Positions 26,663 through 38,544 of a stretch of DNA of 64,000 nt are shown one piece after another; the stretch's first letter is position 1, and the number at the start of each line of letters is the position of its first letter. A program made the position numbers and the translations under genes. This DNA comes from Chiloscyllium plagiosum (lineage: Eukaryota). The notes below the pieces were generated by a model that searched no databases, was not told where the DNA came from, and worked only from the letters and a program-made list of their open reading frames with translations. Location: positions 10,223,939 to 10,287,938 of the forward strand of contig NC_057749.1 in assembly GCF_004010195.1 (NCBI RefSeq), read 5' to 3'.

Positions 26663-27599
26663 ACAGGGAAAAGTAATTTATTGATATAGGTGCAAAACGG
26701 GGTCTCAGTGAAAACCTTTTAGTTCACCCTTTAGCACAGTTAATGCACTTCAAAAGGTCATTATCAAACCAACTTTAACACATAGTCACACAAGGAAATA
26801 CGAGGCAGGTGAATCAAGGATGTAAGTAATAAGGAGGGGCTTTAAAGTAGCAAAGATGGAAAAGTTTGAAAAGGGAACACTGGAGATTGGAGATTGAACA
26901 GTTGAAAACATGCTTAATATTGGTGGAGTGAGTTGCAAAGGGTGGCCCTGGAAAAGCACAACAGATCAGGCAGCATCTGAAAATTCAGGTAGAGCCCTTC
27001 ATCAGGAATGTGGAGGGTGAAGGGGAATGACAGGTGGGGATGGGGGTGTGTGGGGGCGATGGAAGATAGGTGGGAAGGCGACAGACAAATGCAGATGGGG
27101 GGGTAATTGTGATAAGTCAGTGGGAAGGATGGAGTAGTTAGCTGAGAAGGAAGATGAACTGGAAGGACAGGTCAAGAGGGTGGAGTGAGGCTAAATGGAG
27201 GCAAATTGGTGTAACACACTGAACTGAAGACTGCAAGGAGGCTTGAGAGGTAGTGGATGGGGGCTTTGTAAAAAAGGATGACAAAATTAACATCGAGGCA
27301 CGAGAATACAGAGAGCCAACCAATGATGGGATCAGTAGCTATCACATCTCCACATAGATTTTGTCTAAGTTTTCAAAATCTAAATCCCTGTTACAATATT
27401 CTCTTTAAAAAAATATTTTTTAACATATCTTTGCGTGATCTTTTGTTAAATATTTCCTCAAAATTCAAATACACAATGCCTCTCGCCTTCCTTCTAAACA
27501 CATTGAAACAAACTTGCCTTTCACAAACAATCCTGATAACCTGAACCATTTAACTAAAGCTTTGAGCACCTGTCTTAATTTCTGGCTCATGTCAATCTT

Positions 27600-28150
27600 T
27601 ATTTGAGTATTGCAAACAATTTTTGTCCCTTTATTTGAGGAAGGATGTAGTTGAATCAGAGAGAATTCAAATGAGGTTCATTGGATTGAATCCAGAGCTG
27701 ATGGATTTGTTTTAGGAACAGAGTTCGAGCAGTTCAGGTCTATACTCTCTAGAGTTTAGAAGAATGAGAAGAGATTTCATTGAAGTCGATAAGATGCTAA
27801 GAGAGTTGACAAAATAGGCGTAGAAAGGGTGTTTCCTCTTGTGTAGCAATTTAGAATGAGAGGTCATAGTTTTATGAGAAGATGGGGCAGATTTAAAACA
27901 GAGATGAGAAGAAATTATTTCTCTCAAATGGTCATGAATCTGTGGAATTCACTCCCCCAGAGTGCAGTTCGTGCTGAAACATTGAGCAAATTTAGGGAGG
28001 AGATGGCTAGACTTTTAATTAGTGATGGGTTGAAGAGATATGGGGAGTGGGCAACAAAGTGGACTTGAGTCCGAGATGGATTCAGCCATGATAGTACTAA
28101 AAAGAGCAACGTTAATGGGCTGAAAAATCTACTCCTGCTCCTAGTTCTTA
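27600..28150 (+). mobile_element. CR1 LINE 3' fragment
   Basis: Encodes RGHSF...FKTEMRRNYFSQMVMNLWNSLPQ. Confidence 0.82.
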
Positions 28151-29814
28151 CACTCCTGTGAATTTTAAATTAAAAGGCTTTTTAAATTGAAGATGCACTA
28201 TAAACGGAATCTGTTGTCTGCATCGATTTTCTTTATTTAATCACGTACAGACATTGGAAGAAAAAGACGAACCACTCAATTGCATCTCATTCAATTTTAT
28301 TTAATAAATAAGAAATTAAGAATAATTTAAAACCAAGATAAAAGAAAACTTGTTCATCAGTAACAAATCATTTGGTACTATATTTGTAATTAGGCAGACA
28401 CCTCCTTGCTCCCTATCTGCACTAAAAAATACATACATTCCCATGTTTAGGATTTTGCTTGACTATTTGCAAAAGAGCTGTCCGTACCCGTGTGTACAAA
28501 TCCACAACTCATAATGAGCAGTAGTACACATTTGACTCCTTAAAATGACTGCTTTCACATATTAAACACAGTCTTGTTCTTCCAGTCTTAGCTTTATCAC
28601 ACAGTAATCAGGTTACATTTCATTTGGCCAACAAATGCTTGAGTTGATTTCGCAATGAGATCAGAAAGTGACACCAGATTCTTGAGTTTTTTGTGCCATG
28701 GAGAGAAAAATAAAAAGCTGTGTGCCTTTGATTTCGAGACCAACATTTCCCGTAAGTCTACATCCTTGTGAAGCCCAGTAACAGGTATTCATCTCAAAAC
28801 TATGTTGACAAGGAGTTAAAATCATCTGCCAAATCACTGACAGCATTTGCAGATTGTTATATAAAAAGGCACAGACCATTCAGCCCTTCTGCCATTCAAT
28901 ACAATCATATTTGAACTTAGGCTTTAACATCATTTTCATGCCCAAGTCCCATATCCCTGAGAGATCAAAAAACTTGTGTATCCCAGCCTTAACTGTAGTC
29001 AGTGATAGAATATCCTCAACTCACTTGGATAGAGAATTCAAAGAATCACAAACGCCTCATCTCAGTCCTAAAACATCGATCCTTTGTCCAGTGATGGTGC
29101 CCTGCATTTCAGATTCCAGACAAACAGGAATAATCTCTCACAATCTACTTGATCAGCCCTGTCAGAAGCTGGCATGTTTCAATGGGATGTTAACAGGGTT
29201 GATCATTTAAATACAGAAAACATATCTACATGTGTAATTATCACTCAATTCCCAAATCAAAGCCAAAACAACTTGAACCATATTTGCTCTTGATTTGAAA
29301 ATTCTCACTACAAAGTAGACAAGGCTACGGGCCAAGTGCCAGAGACTGGGATTAGAATAGGTAGGTGGCTGTTTTCGTCTAGCCGTGATTCAATGGGCTG
29401 AAAGGCCTTTTTCTGTGCTGTACATCTCTATGACTGTAAAGTGTTCACTAAGATAGCTAACTCTAATCTATTAAAGTGCAGATTTCTTGTATCCTACTGC
29501 TCATTGTGGCTTTTTGCCAGATTTCACATGTTTAAACATTGGCATTTTTTAGCTTCAGAACAAAAAAGGTTAAGTCTGATTATGAATAATTTGTCCCTCT
29601 TTGAATTGTTGCAGTTAATCCAAGACTTGCTTCTCCAAATACTCCAAAAGAAGGTATAGGTACAAAACGGCTGCGCTATCAAATTATCCACATGATTGTG
29701 CTCACTTTCAATGGTACAGAGTTGGCTCAAGGCTCTACCTGCCATTTCACAAAATAATCTAATGAAAATAGTCATTTAAAAAAAATCATGTACGCAGTGG
29801 AATTTTGACATCCT

Positions 29815-29874
29815 TCAGGAGTTGCCCAGTGAAGCTGTCACACTGTTGAGTGAGCCAGGTGTTGCATGGTAATC
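29815..29874 (-). CDS. DUOXA: Probable DUOXA terminal coding exon (DYHATPGSLNSVTASLGNS*)
   Basis: Strong acceptor CTCCTCTCTGTTCATTTTACAG, phase-0 compatible with the 32592 donor. Followed by AT-rich sequence with minus-strand AATAAA at 28296-28301 and 28232-28237. No homology support. Confidence 0.5.
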   Translation of the reverse strand, partial: DYHATPGSLNSVTASLGNS

Positions 29875-30500
29875 CTGTAAAATGAACAGAGAGGAGCATT
29901 CATTCAAAAGCAATGGAATACTTCTGCCAATTGGACTGTACACACCCATCTCCTAAGCATGACAGAACACTTCACAATATTTAACTATCATAGTTTGGTT
30001 TTATTCGCTTTCCCTCGTGAGTCAGCCCAGATCATACCGAGTTATAAGATTAACTCATTGTTGCGGTCTCGTGAATGCATTTATGAGAATTCCCAAAGGA
30101 ACGTAAGAACTGGTCTGCAAAGACTGACGAGAGAAACAGACAAATGCTTAAGAGCTTGTCACTCATGGCAACAAAGGATTTATTTTTGTGAAACCTCACC
30201 TATATATAGTCACTGTAGATGTGTGGATCCAGTGCCTCTCTCTCCCTCCCCTTTTCCTTCCAGTCCCCTCTTGCTCAACAGAAAGCCCTGTCACCTCTAA
30301 TATCAGAAAGTAAGGGGCCAAGGACCTGCCCTAGGACTACACACCACACACAATCCAGCGCTGAGGGAGTGCTGCTCTGTCAGAGGCGCATCTCAAGCAG
30401 GACATTCCATGATACCATTTCTAGGAAGAGTGGTGGTGTCCTGGTCATTATTTATCCCTCAAATGACACCACCTATCTCATTATTATTTGTGAGAGATTG

Positions 30501-30678
30501 CTGAAGACATTCTTCATGCTAAGAGGAGAGGAGGATGATGATCATCAAATGAGCATTGGATTAATTAGCAATAACTTTACTGATGATCGTGGAGATGTTG
30601 TATATTTAAAGGTAAGTTTAAACTATAGCTCACAATTCTATCAATATCCTCTTTCTGTCTTATAAGTACCACATTTTG
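30501..30678 (+). repeat. Inverted copy of DUOXA exon 6 3' part, splice donor and intron start (partner 32523-32702)
   Basis: Hand alignment to the reverse complement of 32523-32702 gives 4 substitutions and one 2-nt deletion over about 180 nt. Confidence 0.97.
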
Positions 30679-32591
30679 TACTTATTGGTTGTATTAGAAC
30701 AGTAAGCAATTGATTGCTTGTAAAGTACTTTAGAATCTGCTGAAATAGTGAAAGGTGCTATACAAATGCACAGCTTTCTTTCATCTCCTCAAACCTGACT
30801 GAGGTTGCAAACTTTTATTTTCCAATATTAATACAGTAACACAGTGCCATGTTACTTTGGTAATTAATAAAATTGACTTGAGATATTGAAATAGAAATTA
30901 CCTTCTCAATTCCAGGCATCTTCAGTCTTAGGTATAAACAACAATGTCCTTGTTTTTGAAGCCATTTTTAATTTTCTAGCATTAAAAGATTTGGAAACAA
31001 TTAATAAACATCCAAAACAGCTTCAATTCATTATCTGTGACTTAACCTAAAGAGACACCCAGACTGTTTTACAATCCTATGGAGTGATATTTCACAACAC
31101 TTGCTGAAAGCCAGGAATAATGTAAGCCACTAACATTTTTCAAGTTCCCCTTAAATATAGAGAAACCCCCCAGAGTGGCTTACACAGCCATGAGACTGAA
31201 GAAGGCTTCATTTCCAAAAGTAGCAAAAAAAATTGGGCAAAGTCTTGGGTTTTCATGGATGCTTTAGAGCAGCAGTTTCCAAATGTTTTGGGCCTGTGTT
31301 AGTCCTTATTCATTTTACCAAGTTGATGCATACCCCTTAGAGACATGTTCTTTTTCAACCACATTTTGTAAATCCTACCCCGTCCAGAATCACACACTCA
31401 GCATCCCCACCCCTAGTCCTCCTGTCAGTTATTTGCCTCACCTTCTAACCCCCCCCACCCCAGTTGACTCATTCACTCAACAATCCCTCCTCCTAAACCT
31501 TCTCTTCCCTATTCACTCTGTTGTGTCTTTGAGAGACAGCTCCAGTAGCAGCCAACTTTGATCAGAGAGCCATCTCTCTCCACCTCCATACTTGGACTAT
31601 TTCTGTAATGGAGCACCATCTGATGTACAGTCATTCGCTCTCCCACTGCTTCTCCACTGTTTCACACTGAGAATGGTGCGTGTATGGAATGAGCTACCAG
31701 AGGAAGTGGTGGAGACTAGTACAAGGACAGCATTTAAAAGGCATCTGGATGGGTACATGAATAGGAAGGGTTTAGAGAGATATGTACCAAATGTTGGCAA
31801 ATAGGACGAGATTAATTTAGGATATCTGGTCAGCAGGGACAACTTAGACCTGTTTCTAAATTGTACAACTCTATGACTCAATGTCCTTGTCTGAGCATCC
31901 CCAACCTGTGGAGTAGAGAATTCCAAGGAATCCTAACTCTTTACTCCAAAGATTCATCACTACTGATGATTCCTCTTCCTTTGCTCTTTCACCTAGCCCA
32001 CAATGCTGGTCGATGTCTTCATATCAATCCTCTTCTCTTTTTGGATTTGGTGATTGGTAAACAGCTGCAGTTGAAATGCGCTTTCTGCCATCAACTCTCT
32101 GGATTTACCTGGACTGGGAATTGGTACCAATATATGGAGTCTTGCCCGCACCAGTAACTAGGTTATTTTGTAGCCAGCGAGGCCTGGTGAGAGACTTGAA
32201 CCCAGGTCTTTCAGGATCAGGGGCAGGACAATACCACCAACCCAGCCACTCCAGTACCCACTTGAGGAAATTACAAATTAGTGGGGATCTTTTTGGCATT
32301 TCCAATGCAAGGAGTTTATAAACCTCCTAAGTTGTGGGTAATATAATCCTCTGCTGTTTTTAAATCATACTGAGCAGTGATCTATTCCAGGTACCTTAGA
32401 AACTCTGTGGAACAATAATCCCTCTATAGTAACACTTCATCTATTCTGAATATCCTGACGTTAAATAGAACACACTTCACAGCATTACTTAAGGAGTCAT
32501 TAAGCAGTAGTGAGTGATTTCCCAAAATGTAGTACTTATAAGACAGAAAGAGGATATTGATAGAATTGTGAGCTATAGTTTAAAAACTTAC

Positions 32592-32764
32592 CTTTAAATA
32601 TACAGCATCTCCACGATCATCAGTAAAGTTATTGCTAATTAATCCAATGCTCATTTGATCATCATCATCCTCCTCTCCACTTAGCATGAAGAATGTCTTC
32701 AGTTTCTCTGGGATGCAGTGATCCATAATGATTACAATTACTCCAAGAATGAAGCACAGCAACG
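32592..32764 (-). CDS. DUOXA: DUOXA coding exon 6
   Basis: TCTAG acceptor. Encodes ALLCFILGVIVIIMDHCIPEKLKTFFMLSGEEDDDDQMSIGLISNNFTDDRGDAVYLK and ends at AAG|GTAAGT. If unspliced it reads on to VSF-stop at 32580. Confidence 0.9.
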
Positions 32765-34559
32765 CTAGATTAGAAAGGAAAGGGGTCTGTTATTTGTTGC
32801 ATGTTCCAAACCAGCTGTTTGTGGGAATTGGGAATTTTGATGACCCAATTTTATCAACCGCTCTATGGTGCACGCGAGGAATAAAAGCTGAAATTCGAAC
32901 TCTGAGATCTAATTCATCATGTTCCCATCCAATTCACCCATTTCCAGTATTGGCATGGGCACCCTAAATGACGTCTCCGCCTTCCTACCAGCCAATCAAT
33001 CCAGCTGGCTGATGGTCAGAGTGGAAAGTGGGCCAGGGCTTCACACTCTTAGTCTTGCCTCCTATTACTGGATTCCCTTTGTCCCTTCTGTCAATATTAA
33101 AGTTCCTGTTCAAAAGGTCCCAAGGCTCAATATACAGCAAGTTTAGAGAACCACAGTTGCCCAACTCTTGTCAATGCAATAACCCAAGTTCTCAACCTTT
33201 AGCCACTTAGTATAGAAAGTACCACGGCTCATCCGTTCCCAAAATTGATGGAAATTGATCAGCATACCACTCCTTCCTGGGAGTCAGTTTCAGATGTCAC
33301 ATAGGGACAGTAGATCAGTCTTCCTTCACAGTCAGGGAAAACATGTGTAGACAGATCTCAAGGGGCTGTCAGACAGATAAGGGCAACTTGCCTAAGCATT
33401 TTCTTTTCCTTTGCACAGCAGGTTGCTGCAATCTGGAGGGCACTGACCAAAAAGGACGGTGAAAGCAGTTTCAGTCATAACGTTCAAAAATGAGTTGGAT
33501 AAATGCTCGAAAAATGAAACGCTGGCAGGACAAAGAGTAGGGAGGGGAAACTCTGTCAAAGAGTTGATTAAGCATGAGGGGTCAGGTGGGCATGTTGTCA
33601 TTTTTCTGTGATGGGAGGTTGGAATACAAATTACCCAATAGAAGGGAATAAAATTGTCTTGGGGTGATGATACTTCCAACTGTCGTCAATCTGACTCTGC
33701 TCTTTTTGTAAATGTTGGTTGGACTTTTCAACCGTTTGGAAGAAAATTCAACATTTCATTCAATAGCCTGGCCACGTCCCAATATTTCAGCAAAATGAAA
33801 ACCAAACATATGCTGCCAAGATGAAAGAACTGAATGGGTTTTTGTGATCCAAAGCATTGAGAGTTAACCACATTGTGTGAAATTTGAAGCTAGTTTACAT
33901 CCAAACCATGAAAAGGTGGTTGATTCTGATCTTTGAAGAACATCAATGAACCTCTCAGCTTTTTGCAAGGAAAGAAAATTGGCTATGTTCATTCTTTTTT
34001 CTTTCTAGTGGTAGGTTACAAATGAATGAATTTGATAATTTTATGAATCTTCTAAGCAGGAAGCTGAGATGTCAACTTGAGGCTATGCTCAAAACAACTC
34101 TGGACACCAGTTTTAGGGAGTCAGAGTGGATGACAGATAGATTTCAACAGTTGTACTACCTGTCCTCAACCTTAAACATTTCCTGCATTTGTTCCATTAA
34201 ATATAACTATTAAATATAACTTAACTCTTAACTATACTTAGCTTAAATTTAACAATTTCCTGTATTTGGTGCACTAAGCATCAAAGCATTGCAAAAATGT
34301 TTCTATGTTCATTGATTTCTTGCTGTGCCCTCGTGTCAATCAGAAAATTAAAAGGGAAGAGCCCCAGATTTTCCACCCAGTGGTTTCAGAAGATATTGGG
34401 GACATTACTTATGGTGTTTCCTGGACTCACAACATCAACAGGGCAGCCTTCACACTAGAAAATTGACAGAAGAAAATCTATCCTGATACTAATGCAAATC
34501 TCCATTTCTTTAGATCAGTACATCTTCTGTATTCTAAAAAACAGACTCACTGTGCTTAC

Positions 34560-34774
34560 CAGTTGCTAATGTCAGCCAGAAGGAGACACTGAAATTAGTC
34601 TTCAGTGTTGTTGGGCCAAACTGAATGATGCATGGCGATACATTTTGTATAGTGGCAAATGAGATGACTCCAAAGATCATGAATGCAGATGTGACCAATG
34701 CCATGTAGCCTCCGTACACAATAGTTGGCATGGAGAAGAGAATGTTAGTGATGATCCAGGCACAAAATGCCACC
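34560..34774 (-). CDS. DUOXA: DUOXA coding exon 5
   Basis: ATTAG acceptor, G|GTAAGC donor, 215 bp. Encodes VAFCAWIITNILFSMPTIVYGGYMALVT...SFWLTLAT. Confidence 0.95.
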
Positions 34775-37251
34775 CTAATCAGAAAGATCAAAAACACAAT
34801 GCTTGGTCAAAAATCTCTAAACATTCATCCCACAAATATTACTTCTGTTTGTTCAATATGATAGGAATGTAGTCAACTAGCAATCAGCTGCACTAACATC
34901 TTGGATCTCCCTTCTGACCTTATCCATATCTCATCCTAAAACCAGTTTTTCCATTGCTCAGCTATTTCTTTTAGATGCTTTAATTGAGTGAGTTGTCCAC
35001 TCTGCACAGGTAAGTGATTTTTCACAATGACACATTGTGTGCACCAAATTTCAACATCAATGTTGAAACCCCAATACCTTGTCACACAAGTATCACAATT
35101 TCGGACAAATTAGACATGCATTTCTTTGAGTGAACTGGAATAATAACAGGCCATTTGGTTCAACATAACTGGAGGGTAGGAGGTTGAGAGGCGACTTGAT
35201 AGCAGTTTATAAAATAATGAGGGCTATAGCTAGAGTTAATGATAGTTGTCTTTTCCCTCAGATAAGGGATTTCAAGACTAGAGTGAGGGGAGAATGATTT
35301 AAAAAACACACGAGGGCAAATGTTTTACACAGAGGGTAATTCACATGCAGAATGATTTTCCTGGAGGCAGTGGTGGATGTAGACAAAATTACAACATTTA
35401 AAAGACATTTCAGTGAGTACATAAACAGGACAGGTTCAGAGGAATATGGGCTAGGAGCAGGCATGTGGGACTAGTTTAGTTTGAGATTATGTTTGGCACG
35501 GACTGGTTTGACTGAAGGGTCTGTTCCGTGCTGTATGACTCTCTAAAGTAGTTAAAGGGTAAAGCTGTATTTTCTTAAAGTTTAGATCACCATTTGGTCC
35601 ATGCTGGCAGTGTTGGTTCCAGCTTCAGAGACTATTCGATCCTTTTTTTCCCCCCTTGTACTGATTAATATGTTATATTCGACAATTTAAACAACTCTCA
35701 CTTAAGTGCTGCAATTGATTCAGCTTCATTGGCTCTTTGCATTTGTACATTCCATAGTCTAATAACCCTTTGTGTGGAGAAGACACCTTCAAACCTGTCC
35801 TTTATATTTAAGTTCATGCCCTCCATTGACCAGTGGTAATAACCAATTGCCCTTAACCTTGTTTGCTCCAATATGTTCAGCTCTAGAGTCCTGGTTGAAT
35901 TACCAATGTACAGCCCTGTTCTCATTTTTGTTCATCTTGAATGAGAGCCAAATGCCTTCATACATCCTCTATAATTATGTCCTTTCTTCTTTCTAAAAAT
36001 GATGTCACAAACTGCTCACACTGTTGTTTAGTGCCAATAAACTTTCATTCATAGCTTTGCTTCAGAGTTTAATGTTCATGTTCCCTTCCTCTAGATTTTC
36101 TTTTACACTGCTCTGTATCATCTTACAGGGCTGCGGTTGCAGCTAACAGTCTCACTGCCTGTGTAGAAATTGCAACCTCTATTTTAAATTGATGGTTTGA
36201 AAACGCTTCAGTTTGTGATATTTTTATGGTGAGTTTTGAGGTGATTCCTAGGCTGTGGCCATTGCTGGTATCTTGTGCCCATTCTCAAGTTTAATGGGTC
36301 CTGAATATTACATCTCCCTCCCCTCAATCTGGCTGTCAGTGCGTACATGTCACCTTCACATTTGACTAGCGGCAGGATAGATTTTAGACAGTCTGCTCAC
36401 TCTTACTGAATTGTGGCCAATTAAGGGGCTCCCAATGCTGTTGGTCTTTTATAAGGCAAGGTATACCCTGCAAAGTGGCTCCATGTTTAAGCTGCTGGAC
36501 AAAGCAGTCAGTGTGTCCCTCTGAGCCAAGTCGAGTCCTACTGGATATAATATAACTTTCCTTTATGTGTCGTGTGGTGCAAAAGTAGTGTTCCTACCTC
36601 TGAACCAGAATGTCCAAGTTCAAGTCCCATCTGATCCAGTGTGCAGCAACACGTCTCTACAGGATGATTAAAAATAGTTCCCCTGTGAGCCAGTCTGTGT
36701 GCCCTATTGGGAGGACGGATTTTGACTTTCACTTGGACACTGGCGCCCCACAAAGGTGCTCCTTGAAAAAAGAAATCCAGTCCTCCACTGCCCCCCCAAT
36801 AACTGAATGAATTGCCAGAACCATGCACACTGCATTGCACATTTACTAACTCTCCCTTGCTCAGCTGAGGGCACTTTGCAGCCGAGAACAGATAGCAATG
36901 TATTTTGGGATATACTGGAGAGAGGTGACGGTTTCCCTTGGCATTGGCAAATGAACACTGTCATTAACAATGTGGCCCCTTGCGTGAGCATTCACTGGTG
37001 CTAATCCACAAATTGCTCAATGTACAGATTCACTTTTACTTTTTGTTCGGGTTGAATTTGAACTCATACCTTGGTTAGGAATTTAGCCCCATTGTCAATG
37101 CAGAACTGTTCCATTTGTTTTGCTTTGCAATTGCCACTGTCCTTTGATTCTGAGTCTAAACTCTGCCTGCTTGATCTTGGATGAAATTAACCCCTTCATC
37201 TTCAAATACATCAGAAATGCAATTCAAAATGCATGAATGTGTTTTGCTTAC

Positions 37252-37465
37252 CACATCATGGCTGTTGCATAATGGCCAGAGAACCTGTACTGGTCATGAA
37301 TAAGACAGGGGCTTTTGCTCTGAAACTTCTCAGCAATGTACAAAATTGGATGTGGAAGCCCTCGATTAAGCCCATTGTTATATTGCTCATCGTAATTCAT
37401 TGTAAATCTCCATAGAAAGCTCTCGTTGTAGTCTATGGTTTCATTCAGCTGGTTCTCAGGGATTC
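37252..37465 (-). CDS. DUOXA: DUOXA coding exon 4
   Basis: TTGCAG acceptor, TG|GTAAGC donor, 214 bp. Encodes GIPENQLNETIDYNESFLW...GLPHPILYIAEKF...QYRFSGHYATAMMW. Confidence 0.96.
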
Positions 37466-38409
37466 CTGCAAGGACATAGCATGGAGCACCCTCATATGTT
37501 AATTCAGTTTGCAGTCGGCCAAAACAATAATTAAATATCCAAAATAACACTTTACAATTGATGAAAATCCAAACGCTTTAAGCTGTGGCCAACCACTTGC
37601 AAGCGCATCTGTGCTGAATCACCCATTCCTGATGGTGTCCACTTCAGTGGAGCAGACTGTGAGTTAACAACATTGTAAATATATTAAAGACAAGCTCCTG
37701 TGTATGGCAGTGAAATTATAAGTACATTATTCTACAGAGTATTTGCCACTACAGATCCTAGCAAATGAGATGAGGCATTAAGATCGGTAACAAAAGAAAT
37801 TTTCATAAATGCAGCAGTGTTAGCCCATACCTTTGACAATGGACGATGAATAATGGAATCCTAAACCAAAGTATTACTTTCTCATCACATTTATTTTTCT
37901 TTTATTTAACAGTGTGACCCCATCATATATTATATCAGACTGTGTATTTATTTTTATCTACTGGTTTACAGCGAGAACGTACAGTTTGTATAATCCGCAA
38001 GGGCAGATAAGTTAAATTGCTTTGGCAGAGGTCTGATACAAATTGTTGGGTTGAATGTGCACTTGGTTCGCAAGTAAGTTCCTTGTTCACTGTTCATGCA
38101 CAAACCATTGGCGCATTTAGCTAAGCACTGACCTATTTCCAAAGGGATCTGCTCCTGCTCTTTTCTGATGCAACACCTAACACCAATTACCAATCTCTAC
38201 CTGTTGAACCATTGAGTTGTTGCCAATTTAGAATAAAAGTCAATTATTGGTTTGTGTGATTAAGAAGTAGTGTCCCTACCTTGAGCCAGGATGCTTGGGC
38301 TCAAAGTCCCACCTGCTCCAGAGGTGTATAATTACATGTCTGAAAGAGGTTGGTTAGGGAAATAGATTACATATTTTAAAAAAAATATTGCCACAAGAAA
38401 ATGACTTAC

Positions 38410-38544
38410 CTCTCAGAGTCACATTAATTCCTGCCAGTCCAATGTTGAGTCCCACTTCTGCAGTGATTGCCTCATTACTGAAAGCCTTGTAAATTGTGCT
38501 CACCCTGGCAAATCCAGCTGCCCAGTCACCAGTAAAGTTCACCA
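38410..38544 (-). CDS. DUOXA: DUOXA coding exon 3
   Basis: CTGTAG acceptor, G|GTAAGT donor, 135 bp. Encodes VNFTGDWAAGFARVSTIYKAFSNEAITAEVGLNIGLAGINVTLR (YKAFS and G.N.TL motifs). Confidence 0.95.

Noticed and set aside
30219..30665. 148-aa ORF containing DUOXA-like sequence, as a possible second DUOXA gene
   Set aside because: Only the inverted 178-bp copy matches. There is no acceptor or other DUOXA exon on this strand, and the rest of the ORF runs through SINE sequence.
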